Positions 1 through 9,317 of a stretch of DNA of 64,000 bases are shown one piece after another. This DNA comes from a virus. A program made the translations under genes and the position numbers. The notes below the pieces were generated by a model, which was given only the letters and a program-made list of their open reading frames with translations, did not search any database and was not told the DNA's origin. Every line of letters starts with the position of its first letter. The first letter of the stretch is position 1. The stretch is taken from the IMG/VR virus record IMGVR_UViG_3300032799_000664, positions 1-64,000 of that record. The stretch is one strand, 5' to 3'.

Positions 1-118
1 ACTTCCTCGCACTCGCTGCGCAGCCGCGCGTTCTCGGCTGCCAATCGTGGAACTTCGCGCAGGGCATTGCACCTCGGGCAGTCGCACCCCGGACGGCAGA
101 ACCATGCGGATACCTCGC

Positions 119-301
119 TCATCGCTTCTTCTCCAAGAAGACGTCGCGCAGGTACGTGACGTCGTACACCTTGAGGATACGGTGCTTGACGCCCCCTCTG
201 GCTTCACACTTTACGGCTGCACGGACCGCCGCCACTGCCGTTCGGTGCTTCGAGCACACCGTGTCGCCGTAGATGGTCCAGAACTCCAGCTTCGGTTTCA
301 T
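119..301 (-). CDS. small hypothetical protein
   Basis: 60-aa ORF; ATGA overlap with the 298..633 ORF. Confidence 0.55.
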   Translation of the reverse strand: MKPKLEFWTIYGDTVCSKHRTAVAAVRAAVKCEARGGVKHRILKVYDVTYLRDVFLEKKR

Positions 302-633
302 TTCGTGGGCTCCTTCGCTGACCCAGTGCGCTCACGTTCCCGTTCTCGTCGATGCGAAGCCCGATTCGCTTCACGCTCAACCTCAGCTTGGCGTTCGACG
401 TCTTCGTCGGTGTGCTGGTCGCAGACCGCGGCGTCGCCGAGCAGCCCCGAGAACCGCCAGCCCGACTTCGGCTGCAGTTGGCCATCGGGACCGACGATGT
501 GCACGACGCGAATGGCCGATGAGGTCATGCCGAAGATACCCGCCAAGCCGGGCGGCGCCAACACGATGAGGCACTGGGTGACCCGCTTGCAGCCGGGCAT
601 GTCGCAGCGCAAGACACCTTCGACGCTGATCAT
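298..633 (-). CDS. hypothetical protein with Cys motifs
   Basis: ATG preceded by AAGGAG; CDMPGC and CDQH motifs. Confidence 0.6.
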   Translation of the reverse strand: MISVEGVLRCDMPGCKRVTQCLIVLAPPGLAGIFGMTSSAIRVVHIVGPDGQLQPKSGWRFSGLLGDAAVCDQHTDEDVERQAEVEREANRASHRRERERERTGSAKEPTK

Positions 634-793
634 GTGAGCTCCTTCGTCGCAGCTACGCTGGTACGGAGATCGGGGAGATCCGCGCGTGACTACCTTACCC
701 CGTAGGGTGAGCTGGCCCAGTAAACGTCATCTGACTGAACCAGCGCTGTCGACGTGACGCCGACGGTCATGCTGAGACACCTGCGACGAACCG

Positions 794-1021
794 CTACCAC
801 AGATGCAAGGGCTGATGCGCGCGCTCGCCCACGACGTTCAAGTGGCGAATCTCTTCGGGCACGTGATGACTCTCGCTCTCGACGTGGCTGAAGCCGACGC
901 CGTCGGGCGTGTCGATCTTGTAGCAGAGGACCGGTCCCTCGAGCGGCTTCTTGCAGAAGTAGCAGTGCAGCTTCTCGATGACGACATGCCGCTTCTTCTT
1001 CTCTGCGGTGGGCTTTCCCAT
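794..1021 (-). CDS. small Zn-finger-like hypothetical protein
   Basis: CYFC motif, GC3-rich codons, purine-rich upstream sequence. Confidence 0.6.
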   Translation of the reverse strand: MGKPTAEKKKRHVVIEKLHCYFCKKPLEGPVLCYKIDTPDGVGFSHVESESHHVPEEIRHLNVVGERAHQPLHLW

Positions 1022-1167
1022 GATTGTTGCTTATCTCCCCTCCTGACCCAGCCACGGCGGTTCTCCGCCATGACCGCAGCATGCCAGCACCGGAACGCCA
1101 GCCACGTGTCCTCATCATAGGGCTCCATGGCAGGGCTCCTTTCAAGTTCTTGTACCGGAGACCGACG

Positions 1168-1494
1168 CTATTTCTCGAACACGTCGCGGTACGGCCCCAG
1201 CTTCTTCAGCTGGCGCAACCCCTCCACGCTCACGACACAGCCGCTGTCGAGGTCATCGATGAACAGCTCGCTCTGCCAGCGGAACGGGTCGCAGTAACAG
1301 CAGTGGTCACTGCGACCGCCGAAGAACGCCGCGCCGTTCGTGTTGGGACAGGCGAAGACGGTGAAGCTCGTCGTGGAGCCCGGCACCAGGAACGTCACCC
1401 GGTCACAGGAGATGCACCCCGCGCTGTGCGAAGGATGGTCCCGGTAGTGGCCGGCGAAGCACGACAGGCTGAGCGGGCAGCGGTCGCAGGTCAT
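1168..1494 (-). CDS. 8-Cys scaffold family member 1
   Basis: MTCDRCPLSLSCFAG...CISC...C...CCYC. Confidence 0.8.
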   Translation of the reverse strand: MTCDRCPLSLSCFAGHYRDHPSHSAGCISCDRVTFLVPGSTTSFTVFACPNTNGAAFFGGRSDHCCYCDPFRWQSELFIDDLDSGCVVSVEGLRQLKKLGPYRDVFEK

Positions 1495-1499
1495 CGCCA

Positions 1500-2240
1500 G
1501 CCTTGTACCACGACAACACGTGACGTTACGTAGCGCTGCACTACAACTCTACGACATAAAACTACAGGTAGGCAAGACCCGCCGCGCGCCCCCTCACCTG
1601 CACCGGCCCCCAGGTGTGCGAACAGTGGAGACTGATTGGCCCCTGACTTGCTGCGGTGAACTCCGCTGCGATGAGCTTAGCTGCCTAGAATCACTGAACA
1701 ACGACACTAACTCACACTGAGGCAATTTACCTACGTTTGCAGAGAATCAGCGTTCTCTTCGTTATTACTGTATGGCGTCCCCTACGAAATCTCCAATCCT
1801 AATTGCACTGCTTCTTCTATATTCATCTCATCTCTTATACTTATCTCTTAGAAGTTATTGTATAGCTGAGCTGCGCGGTGGGGAGACCTCACACACACGC
1901 GACCCTTTGCTTCACTGTGTTCCATCGGTCAGGTGCTATGATTCCTTATATTCACTTATCAATACAACCTCTTACTATCCCTTTGCTGTACGGTGTTCGG
2001 GCGGCGCGGTTGGTGAAAGTGGACGATACCTACACTGCATACATTTACCTCTATCTCCTACTCCGCTATGTCTTCGATTTCTCGTTTATAGGTCCTTCTA
2101 TATGTAGTCTCGCCACCGTTGAGCGCCCCCGAACGTCGTTTTTTACTCCTGTGACGTTGATTCTACTTTACTTTCGGTGTCCAATCGCTTTTAATGTTGG
2201 TGACCGCGATTCTCAACACCCTCAGATTCGTTGCCCAAGG
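1500..2240. other. AT-rich, pyrimidine-skewed non-coding gap between divergent genes (candidate origin or promoter region)
   Basis: Runs such as TATATTCATCTCATCTCTTATACTTATCTCTTAG in an otherwise GC-rich genome; no credible ORF. Confidence 0.5.
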
Positions 2241-2247
2241 AGTCCAG

Positions 2248-4998
2248 ATGCGTGATTATTCTCGCTTTCCCAGCGACACACTCACAAGTGTCTCCTCGCA
2301 CACGCGTGCATTGTACGGACTACTTCAGCACGTGCGCAACGCCAGCTACGCCATCCCTGAGACCGGGCCGACCGGACGCTGGCTCTCTGCCGAGCGCAAC
2401 CTGGGCCTCATCTACTGGCCCCACCTCCTCGAGAACCCGCGCAGCTGGCGCAAGCTCAGCGCGGCGCTCTACATGCCGGTCGAGATGGAGCGCGACCTGC
2501 TTCAGCAAGGCTTCCTGTTCGCGCCCACTGCCGCGCTGGCCGACGAAGCGCAGGCGTGGTGGCTCCAGCACCTCCGCAAGCGGGCTGAGGCGCTCCTGGG
2601 GCCGCTGCAGCTGCCGGGGAACGCGCCCGAGGCTATCAGTGCCATCCACACCTACTCCGCCCTGGACCCCGCGTTGCACGGCGACCCGGCGTTGCACGAC
2701 CCGGACAACTACACCGTCTTCCGCCGCATCTCCGATCACCAGGAGAAATTCCTCCAGCGGGTCATCGTCCGGCCGCCGCTCGATCTCAGCGAGTTCCTGC
2801 CACACAGCACGGCGCTGCCGGCGCCCCTGGTGGCGCTCTTCTACGCCTGGCACACTCTCTGCGAGCGGCACGTCTTGAACTTCGACCCGCACGAGATCGG
2901 CATCGACTTCGTGCGCACCGGCTGCTTCATCGTCAACTGGCGGCGTTTCGCCGCATCGCCGTACTGGCCCCGCCACCTGCGGCAGCTCGATGCGCTCGAA
3001 CGCAATGAGAGCGTCGAGATCGCTCGGCGCCGGCTGTACCAACGGCTGGGGTTGCGGGAAGGCCCGCTGCACCGGGGCCGCACCACGTCGTTCTTCACCG
3101 ACTGTGTGCCGGCGCCGTCGGACGTTGATCGCATGCTCCGCGAGTTGCCGAAGTACTGCAGCATCGCTGCGGGGCTGCCGGCGCTCGATGTAGTGCAAGT
3201 GCGGCGCCTCTTCGGTCGCGAGTTGCCGTCTCCGGGTCTCGAGTTGGCTCTCGAAAGCCGCTTGCTCGACTTCAACGAGCATGGGCTGCCCCAGAACTGC
3301 ACGCTTATCGATCCGCTGATGCTGTTGCGAGAACCGGGTCTCTTCAAAGGCGCCTGGCACCTCCAACATCTCCAGCTACAACAGCAGCGCGTGCGCCAGC
3401 GCATTCGCCGGCGGGTCGAGACTGAACAGCTCGGCCATCCCCCGACGCCGTCGCAGGTCCACGTACGGGTGCTGCGCTTCCGCCCCGCGGATTGGCTCGA
3501 TGACTTCGTCGAAGAGCCGTTGCGCACGCAGTTGAAGCTGCAGCGCAATCAACCCGGCACGGACCAGGCGCCGTGTCCGTGGTGGTTCGACAACGACCAC
3601 GTCGAGAACATCTACGCCGTGCGCAGCCGCGGGCAGTGGACTTTCACCCGCCCCCCGAGCTTGGCTGACGCCCCTGACTGTGAGCGCTTCGTCTGGCGCA
3701 AGGTGCTGCTCGAACGCCACCTCTTCGAGAGCGAGCATCTCATGGCGGCGCTGGGCAGTGACGCGGAGCGCGTCGCCTACGTGCGCCAGATGGACCGCGC
3801 TGAAGTACTGCAAGAAGCCACTGACCAGCAGCTGCTGGCCTACGCCAAGGCGGGCGTGCGCAGCGCCTATGAGGTCACGGGTAAGATCAGCACGTATCAG
3901 CGTCGATTGCTGGGTAAGCAGCGCGCTGATGCGCACAACCGTGAGACCGGCATGGACGGCCGCATGTGGTACCACCACGGGGTCGTGCGAGCGCCGGAGC
4001 AGCAGATGCCCAACCCCAACGACTACCGGCGCATCGTCCACGTGGTCATCCCCGACGGCAAAGAACAGACCTCGGACCCGACCATCGAAGAACGCCACTT
4101 CTTCACCGAGCTGGCCATCGCCAGCTTCGAACAGCACGCCCGTTCTAGCATGCGGGCGTTGCAGGACACCGAAGCTGATGGACTCCCCAGCGCGGGTGAC
4201 GCCGTCCAAGCTGCTGTGAACAGCACCGAGTCTGTGCATCGCGATGAAGATCGCGCCTATCGCGAGAACTATCAGGGCATGGCCGCCTACGTGCTGGCCT
4301 GGGCACGCTTCTGTCGCCACGTGCTGTGCTATCCCGAAACCGCTGATGAAGGCGGTGTCGGTCCGCTGGGAGTCTGGCCGTTGGCCGCAGCTACAGTGAC
4401 GCCGGAGCCAGAATGCGTCGTTCTCGGTGACCTGCCGGCCATGCCCGATGAAGAAGTCGAGCGTCAGCGTTGGACACCATGGCAAGACCACACGCTGCTG
4501 ACCAGCTACCAGCAGTTCCCAGCGCTGGACCCGACGATCCGCAGTAATCTGGCGCGCTACCTGGGCCGCGATGACGATACCTGGACCCCGCGGCTGCGGA
4601 CCTTGCGGCGCTACCTGGCACCGTTGTTCCCCCCGTCCCACGCGCTCATCGCCGGCCTGGAGCGTTGTCTCATCACCACCATCGGTGAAGTCCAGCACGT
4701 CGCCCACTCGCTGCCACTCGACGATGCCACGGCGCGCCGCTTGATTCTCAGCTACGGCCTCGCCCGGGCGCTGAAGCTGCACCAGCAGTTCGGCTTCAAT
4801 CCGCGGGTGCCGCCCCCGCCGCTGCGCTTCGCGCGGCGACTACCCGACGCCGCTTTGCTCGCGATCGAGCTGCCCCGCGACTACACCCGCCGCTCCTGGC
4901 GGCCCATCGTCATCGCCCTGGCCAAGGCGGCGGCGAAGCTGCCAGCTAAACAAACGCCGGCGTCTCGTGAAGACGACGCCGACGCCGCCACCAACTGA
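2248..4998 (+). CDS. large orphan protein (~916 aa), function unknown
   Basis: Long ORF; AAGGAG before ATG 2248 (MRDYSRFP); only substantial plus-strand gene in the left arm. Confidence 0.8.
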   Translation: MRDYSRFPSDTLTSVSSHTRALYGLLQHVRNASYAIPETGPTGRWLSAERNLGLIYWPHLLENPRSWRKLSAALYMPVEMERDLLQQGFLFAPTAALADEAQAWWLQHLRKRAEALLGPLQLPGNAPEAISAIHTYSALDPALHGDPALHDPDNYTVFRRISDHQEKFLQRVIVRPPLDLSEFLPHSTALPAPLVALFYAWHTLCERHVLNFDPHEIGIDFVRTGCFIVNWRRFAASPYWPRHLRQLDALERNESVEIARRRLYQRLGLREGPLHRGRTTSFFTDCVPAPSDVDRMLRELPKYCSIAAGLPALDVVQVRRLFGRELPSPGLELALESRLLDFNEHGLPQNCTLIDPLMLLREPGLFKGAWHLQHLQLQQQRVRQRIRRRVETEQLGHPPTPSQVHVRVLRFRPADWLDDFVEEPLRTQLKLQRNQPGTDQAPCPWWFDNDHVENIYAVRSRGQWTFTRPPSLADAPDCERFVWRKVLLERHLFESEHLMAALGSDAERVAYVRQMDRAEVLQEATDQQLLAYAKAGVRSAYEVTGKISTYQRRLLGKQRADAHNRETGMDGRMWYHHGVVRAPEQQMPNPNDYRRIVHVVIPDGKEQTSDPTIEERHFFTELAIASFEQHARSSMRALQDTEADGLPSAGDAVQAAVNSTESVHRDEDRAYRENYQGMAAYVLAWARFCRHVLCYPETADEGGVGPLGVWPLAAATVTPEPECVVLGDLPAMPDEEVERQRWTPWQDHTLLTSYQQFPALDPTIRSNLARYLGRDDDTWTPRLRTLRRYLAPLFPPSHALIAGLERCLITTIGEVQHVAHSLPLDDATARRLILSYGLARALKLHQQFGFNPRVPPPPLRFARRLPDAALLAIELPRDYTRRSWRPIVIALAKAAAKLPAKQTPASREDDADAATN

Positions 4999-5005
4999 AG
5001 CCCCG

Positions 5006-5248
5006 TCAGGCCGACGGCGTGTCGCGCGGCCGCACCGGGAACGGCCGCAGCTGCTCGAAATGCTGGGCGCTCGAGCGCAGCACCTCGCCGTTGGAGTAGC
5101 GCACCAGCACGTCGCCACCGATGCACAACTCGGGCTCACCCCGGTCGTCGACTTCGACGACTTCACCCTCGACGGTCATGACCTCGACGACCGCGGTGTC
5201 GCCGTCCCATTCTGTGATGCAGTACGTCCCACCTTGCCGCACCAGCAT
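5006..5248 (-). CDS. hypothetical protein
   Basis: AAAGGAG RBS before ATG; converges on the large plus-strand gene. Confidence 0.6.
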   Translation of the reverse strand: MLVRQGGTYCITEWDGDTAVVEVMTVEGEVVEVDDRGEPELCIGGDVLVRYSNGEVLRSSAQHFEQLRPFPVRPRDTPSA

Positions 5249-5310
5249 TGCGCGCTCCTTTCGTGAGCGTGGGGTTCGGGAACATCTTCTTATACCGAGA
5301 CTGCGGCGCG

Positions 5311-5325
5311 CTTTACGACGTAAAG
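5311..5325. promoter_or_regulatory. palindrome CTTTAC-GAC-GTAAAG (candidate operator)
   Basis: One of 7 near-identical copies; intergenic, next to a promoter-like motif. Confidence 0.6.
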
Positions 5326-5359
5326 AACACGCGTCGAGAGGGTCGACGCGCGTTGAGGT

Positions 5360-5575
5360 TCAGAAGCGCAGTGGCCGCCAGGGCTCGAGGTAGGGCACTT
5401 CGTGGAGTTCGCGGGGCTCATCTTCGCAGTGCCCTTCGTCGAGGCCATACTGCATGGCCTCTATCCAGGTGAGGGCATCGCTGCGCGACTCCCCGTAGGC
5501 CAGTCGATGATGCTGCAGCGGGCTGCCGAGATGATCGTAGCCGTAGCGGAAAAGAGGCACTTGATAGTAGGGCAT
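5360..5575 (-). CDS. hypothetical protein
   Basis: MPYYQVPL start placed just after the stop of the upstream gene. Confidence 0.5.
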   Translation of the reverse strand: MPYYQVPLFRYGYDHLGSPLQHHRLAYGESRSDALTWIEAMQYGLDEGHCEDEPRELHEVPYLEPWRPLRF

Positions 5576-5576
5576 C

Positions 5577-5969
5577 TCAGCTGCCCTGGCAGTTGTTGCA
5601 GCGTTCCCAACCGTCGTACTCGGTGTTGAAGCCATCGGTGGCGCCGCACCAGCTGCATCCCGCCACTCCGAAGAAGGCGTTGCACACCTGGCCGAAGTGC
5701 TCGAATGGCATCGTCTCGGGATCGACGCCCGCCGCGTTGCAGTACGCGATGTAGAACTCGATGGCGTTGTCGGGGTACTTCGCCACTTCGGAGTGGGCGA
5801 ACCAGTTGGCGAAGTTGGGCCGCAGTGGCACTTCGCGCAGCACCCACGCTGCGCCCATGAGTTTCTGGAACTCTCGGTACGCCTTCTCGAGATCGTCGGG
5901 GACGGGGGTCGCCAACGGAATCGAGTGCGGACCCGCGTGGAAGAAGTGCTTCAGCAATCGCACCTTCAT
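5577..5969 (-). CDS. hypothetical protein with C-terminal Zn ribbon
   Basis: AAGGAG RBS, MKVRLLKH start; CSWC...CNNC. Confidence 0.7.
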   Translation of the reverse strand: MKVRLLKHFFHAGPHSIPLATPVPDDLEKAYREFQKLMGAAWVLREVPLRPNFANWFAHSEVAKYPDNAIEFYIAYCNAAGVDPETMPFEHFGQVCNAFFGVAGCSWCGATDGFNTEYDGWERCNNCQGS

Positions 5970-6002
5970 GGCGTTCTCCTTTCTCTTCCTGATACCTAAA
6001 AA

Positions 6003-6640
6003 GCCGCGCGTCTTCGGCCCTCTCGTTCCAAAGGCGCGCGGCACCGCCACCCCGCGGTGAAAGGAGAAGCCCGCGGGGTAGCGGCCCTGCAACCGTTCCT
6101 GCGTTAGCGCGTAGCAGGAGCTCCTGCGGCCGGAAGCGGCAGCCCACTGGAGGCCGAAGGAGCTCCGCGCGGAGCGTTATAGGGCGCCCGACTCGAACCG
6201 CGGACCTCCACAGGAGGTCCGTAGGTTCGAGCCGGCGGACTTCAGCGCTGGCGGCGAAGCCAGAAGCTGCTGAAGTCCGAGCCCGGGCATGTCGTCAGGC
6301 AAGCGTGCAGCCGCCTGGTCGCTGTAGCAGCGACTGAGTGCGCACTTCAGGCACTCACGAACGGTGTGCGTTCCTACGTTTCCGACGGGTGACCCGGATG
6401 TAGAACGTGCTGCTCCTGCGTTGGTTGGCGCCCGTGAGACCGAGTCGGCGAGAGGCAGTACCCTCGCCGACTGGGTCTCGCAGGCAACCAGCCGGACTGG
6501 ATCTGGGGGTAGCGTAGCGGTCCCCCAGATCGAGTCTGGACTCGGCATCACGACGACGTCATGGTCGCCGCGTCGACGTGGCGTCGACACCGTCTTGGTG
6601 ATGCTCGAGCAGCGTTGTCGTTGTCAGCGATGTCCATCGC
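6003..6640. ncRNA. candidate large structured RNA (consecutive hairpins), family unknown
   Basis: At least 10 back-to-back inverted repeats, e.g. 6188-6209/6213-6235, 6236-6246/6269-6279, 6434-6452/6463-6481, 6500-6509/6522-6531; no convincing CDS. Confidence 0.55.
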
Positions 6641-6686
6641 CCACGCCCGCTCCGCGCTGCGTGGTCTGATGATCATCTCCGGTGAT

Positions 6687-6959
6687 TCAAGGCAGTACTA
6701 TGGGCCGTTGCCGCGACCGGGCATAGGCCGCGGGGTCACACTCGGGACAGGTCCACAGTTCATCGTACCAAGCTGATGTGGCAGTCCACGGGCCGTTCGG
6801 TGGACAGGTCAGCATGTAAGGCATCAGCTTCGTTTTGCGACGTTCAGCGATTGGCAGAAAGATGACACCTCGACCGCAACCACCTTGGCAGTAAGTGAAG
6901 CTGTGCAGAACTTCGCCGGCGAAGCAGGTGAGCGACAGCGGGCACTGGTCACAGGTCAT
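6687..6959 (-). CDS. 8-Cys scaffold family member 2
   Basis: MTCDQCPLSLTCFAG...CQGGC...C...CPEC. Confidence 0.8.
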   Translation of the reverse strand: MTCDQCPLSLTCFAGEVLHSFTYCQGGCGRGVIFLPIAERRKTKLMPYMLTCPPNGPWTATSAWYDELWTCPECDPAAYARSRQRPIVLP

Positions 6960-6965
6960 GGCTTG

Positions 6966-7637
6966 TCAACCGTGCCGCAACGTCATGGTCTGTTCGATGC
7001 GGTTAGCTTCACGTACGCCCCAAGCTAAGACTTGGCGCCACTTCTCTTCGCTGAGGGAATACGCGTCCATGAACGGTTCTCGGCGTATGTGTAACCGGTG
7101 GGCGACGTCCTGCAACGCGCGCCAATCATCGTTGACGGCGAACAGCAGCCGCTGTGGCATACGATAGGTACGCGGTCCGTGAGGACGAATCACGTAGTCG
7201 AAGACTGGTCCCAAGCGAAGATTGGTGACGGTCTCCACTGCCGGTGGCGCTACGCTCCGTGGAGTCCCCGCGGCGGTGCTGAGGGGTGCGCCAAGTCGCA
7301 CGCGCTCTTCCGCTGACATATCTGCTAGGGTTTTCACGTGCCCCGGCGCGCGCACCGGGTCCAGCGCCGCGGTGATGCGCTGGGCGATGACGAACGCCGG
7401 GTCGGCGCCGACTCCGAGACCTATCCCACGACGTTCAGACATGGTCGGCGGTCGAACCGCGATCTCGACATCAGTGAAGTGGCCCGTTTCCGGGTCGCGG
7501 GTATCTTCGCAGACCCGCACGTTGATTTTATTGCTCGGACCAACGCGTCCCAGGCTGGCACCACCGTGGTGCAATCGACCCCGTAGCTTTCGAATCGACT
7601 TTCGAGTCTTCGGTGTTCGTTTATACGTGCGCCTCAT
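6966..7637 (-). CDS. hypothetical protein, basic N-terminus
   Basis: MRRTYKRT start is ATGA-coupled to member 3. Confidence 0.65.
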   Translation of the reverse strand: MRRTYKRTPKTRKSIRKLRGRLHHGGASLGRVGPSNKINVRVCEDTRDPETGHFTDVEIAVRPPTMSERRGIGLGVGADPAFVIAQRITAALDPVRAPGHVKTLADMSAEERVRLGAPLSTAAGTPRSVAPPAVETVTNLRLGPVFDYVIRPHGPRTYRMPQRLLFAVNDDWRALQDVAHRLHIRREPFMDAYSLSEEKWRQVLAWGVREANRIEQTMTLRHG

Positions 7638-7939
7638 TTCGCTTCTTTCTCGAAGATGCGATCCATCGTTGAGCGTTGCCCTTGGGCGCGGCACTCCTGA
7701 CAGAGCACCGAGTACTCGTAGATCTCGTGCATCGGGTTCGGCATGACGGTGACCGACCCGTACGGCAGGTGCAGTGCCCGCTCCAGCTGTGCCAGATTGC
7801 CGCAGCCATGCCGCGTCACTTGATTCCAATTCTGGTCGTAGAGCACGACACTGCCGCAGTGGTAGCAGATCCCGAGATCGAGGAGCGCGACGTGACCACT
7901 GAAGCACGGCAGCGAGATGGGGCAGCGATCACAGGTCAT
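7634..7939 (-). CDS. 8-Cys scaffold family member 3
   Basis: MTCDRCPISLPCFSG...CYHC...C...CQEC; start reassigned to ATG 7939 (ATGA overlap). Confidence 0.8.
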   Translation of the reverse strand: MTCDRCPISLPCFSGHVALLDLGICYHCGSVVLYDQNWNQVTRHGCGNLAQLERALHLPYGSVTVMPNPMHEIYEYSVLCQECRAQGQRSTMDRIFEKEAK

Positions 7940-8232
7940 GGGGACGGCGAGAGCACCCGCACCTGCTTCGCGGGCACCACGAACGTCCCCTGATCGGGAC
8001 GCCAGTAGCCGGCGCAAGGGAAGTCGAGCAGCCAATGCGTGGCCCAGCGGTAGGAGACTGGGTCGCGATTCAAGTTCTCGCCGTTGATCGGGCCGGGCGC
8101 GCGGACTACGGCAGCGCCGGCGACCAGCAGGATGTCGGCGACGAACGTTCCCTCGTGGCCGCAGTAGCGCACGATGGCGCCGACGGCGCCCTGCTTCAGC
8201 CGCGGGGAGAACTTGGGTTTCTTAGCGGTCAT
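7936..8232 (-). CDS. hypothetical protein
   Basis: 98-aa ORF in the coupled chain. Confidence 0.65.
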   Translation of the reverse strand: MTAKKPKFSPRLKQGAVGAIVRYCGHEGTFVADILLVAGAAVVRAPGPINGENLNRDPVSYRWATHWLLDFPCAGYWRPDQGTFVVPAKQVRVLSPSP

Positions 8233-8238
8233 GAATCG

Positions 8239-8499
8239 TCACTCCAGTACTTCGACGTGGTTCTTCTCCCAGCCGAAGAGCTCGCTGGGGTGACAACAGA
8301 CTGGGCACGCCGTCAGCTCATTGATACAGTTCCGGCGCAGAACGTCACAGCGCAGCACCAGGTAGTCGCCATAGGGCGGGTGGGCGCGAATCTGGTCGTG
8401 GAGCTGGATGACCACGCGGTGACAGTTGACACAGACGCTGTAGAGGTGCAGCCGGTCACCGAAGCAGCACAGGCTCACCGGACAGCGATCACAGGTCAC
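8239..8499 (-). CDS. 8-Cys scaffold family member 4
   Basis: GTG start, TCDRCPVSLCCFG...CVNC...C...CPVC; GAGGA RBS. Confidence 0.75.
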   Translation of the reverse strand: MTCDRCPVSLCCFGDRLHLYSVCVNCHRVVIQLHDQIRAHPPYGDYLVLRCDVLRRNCINELTACPVCCHPSELFGWEKNHVEVLE

Positions 8500-8761
8500 G
8501 GAGATCCTCGATGTCGGTTTGATCGACGTGGAGCAGCCACTTCTGCCGCACGTCCATGCACCGGTGACAACCGTTCCAAGCGTCGCCCAGCTCAGCGTCG
8601 CGCTCCGGTGGACAGCGCAGCAGTACGACGCGACCTCGGCCCGTCTCGGGGTTGTCCGGCAATACCACCACCGTGCAACCGCAGACGCGGCACTTTCCCC
8701 GGGAGGTAGGCAGCTGGTCACCCAAGCAGAGCAGTGCGATGGGACACTGGTCGCAGGTCAC
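8489..8761 (-). CDS. 8-Cys scaffold family member 5
   Basis: GTG start, TCDQCPIALLCLG...CRVC...C...CHRC. Confidence 0.75.
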   Translation of the reverse strand: MTCDQCPIALLCLGDQLPTSRGKCRVCGCTVVVLPDNPETGRGRVVLLRCPPERDAELGDAWNGCHRCMDVRQKWLLHVDQTDIEDLRDL

Positions 8762-9033
8762 GACGCGGGCACCGCCGTGAACTCGTAGTCCGCGCCGCGG
8801 CCTTCCTTCTGGGCCATCGCCAGGAACTTGGTGAGGCAGGCGGGGCACAGGCTCATCGCGCCGCACTGCCCACCTTTCTCGCTGGGTTTCAGCTCCTTGA
8901 CGATGACGACCGGTGGGTCTTCGCAGCGCTCCATCTGTCGAGGTCCGAGAGTCATGAAAGACCCGCCGCGCCACTCGGCCTGGCAGCGCTTGGGGTCAGG
9001 CGGCGTCAGCTTGGCCTTCTTGGTTTTGGTCAT
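8758..9033 (-). CDS. hypothetical Cys-containing protein
   Basis: MTKTKKAK start, AGGAG RBS, ATGA-coupled. Confidence 0.65.
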   Translation of the reverse strand: MTKTKKAKLTPPDPKRCQAEWRGGSFMTLGPRQMERCEDPPVVIVKELKPSEKGGQCGAMSLCPACLTKFLAMAQKEGRGADYEFTAVPAS

Positions 9034-9317
9034 CGCTTCTCCTTGGGCTGCAACCGTCGCTGGCGTTGCGCTTGGTGCCGTCGCTGGCGGCGTTGTCCTC
9101 GACAGATGTGACACGGGACGTGCATCAGGTGCAACTGCGCCGCCTCCTCGCGACAAGGGAAGCGTCGGTCGACGATGCTCAGGGGTTCGTTATGTCCGTG
9201 GGCGTAGTTGAAGCGGCGCACCACGACGCACTTGCAGACGTTACAGTAGGTCGCAGCGTGGCGGGAGATCGGACCCCCGAGACAGAGCAGTGAGATGGGG
9301 CATTCTTCACACGTCAC
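9030..9317 (-). CDS. 8-Cys scaffold family member 6
   Basis: GTG start, TCEECPISLLCLGG...CNVC...C...CHIC; Arg/Gln-rich tail. Confidence 0.75.
   Translation of the reverse strand: MTCEECPISLLCLGGPISRHAATYCNVCKCVVVRRFNYAHGHNEPLSIVDRRFPCREEAAQLHLMHVPCHICRGQRRQRRHQAQRQRRLQPKEKR

Noticed and set aside
1772-2255. Plus-strand ORFs in the AT-rich gap
   Set aside because: Atypical composition, no GC3 bias and no RBS; probably spurious.
6120-6170. SRP, RNase P or tmRNA identity for the structured region
   Set aside because: GGAAG...GCAGC is only a loose match; the conserved core motifs and termini of these RNAs are not seen.
6188-6235. tRNA suggested by GGTTCGAG
   Set aside because: No 5-bp T-stem or cloverleaf; the motif is one arm of a longer hairpin.
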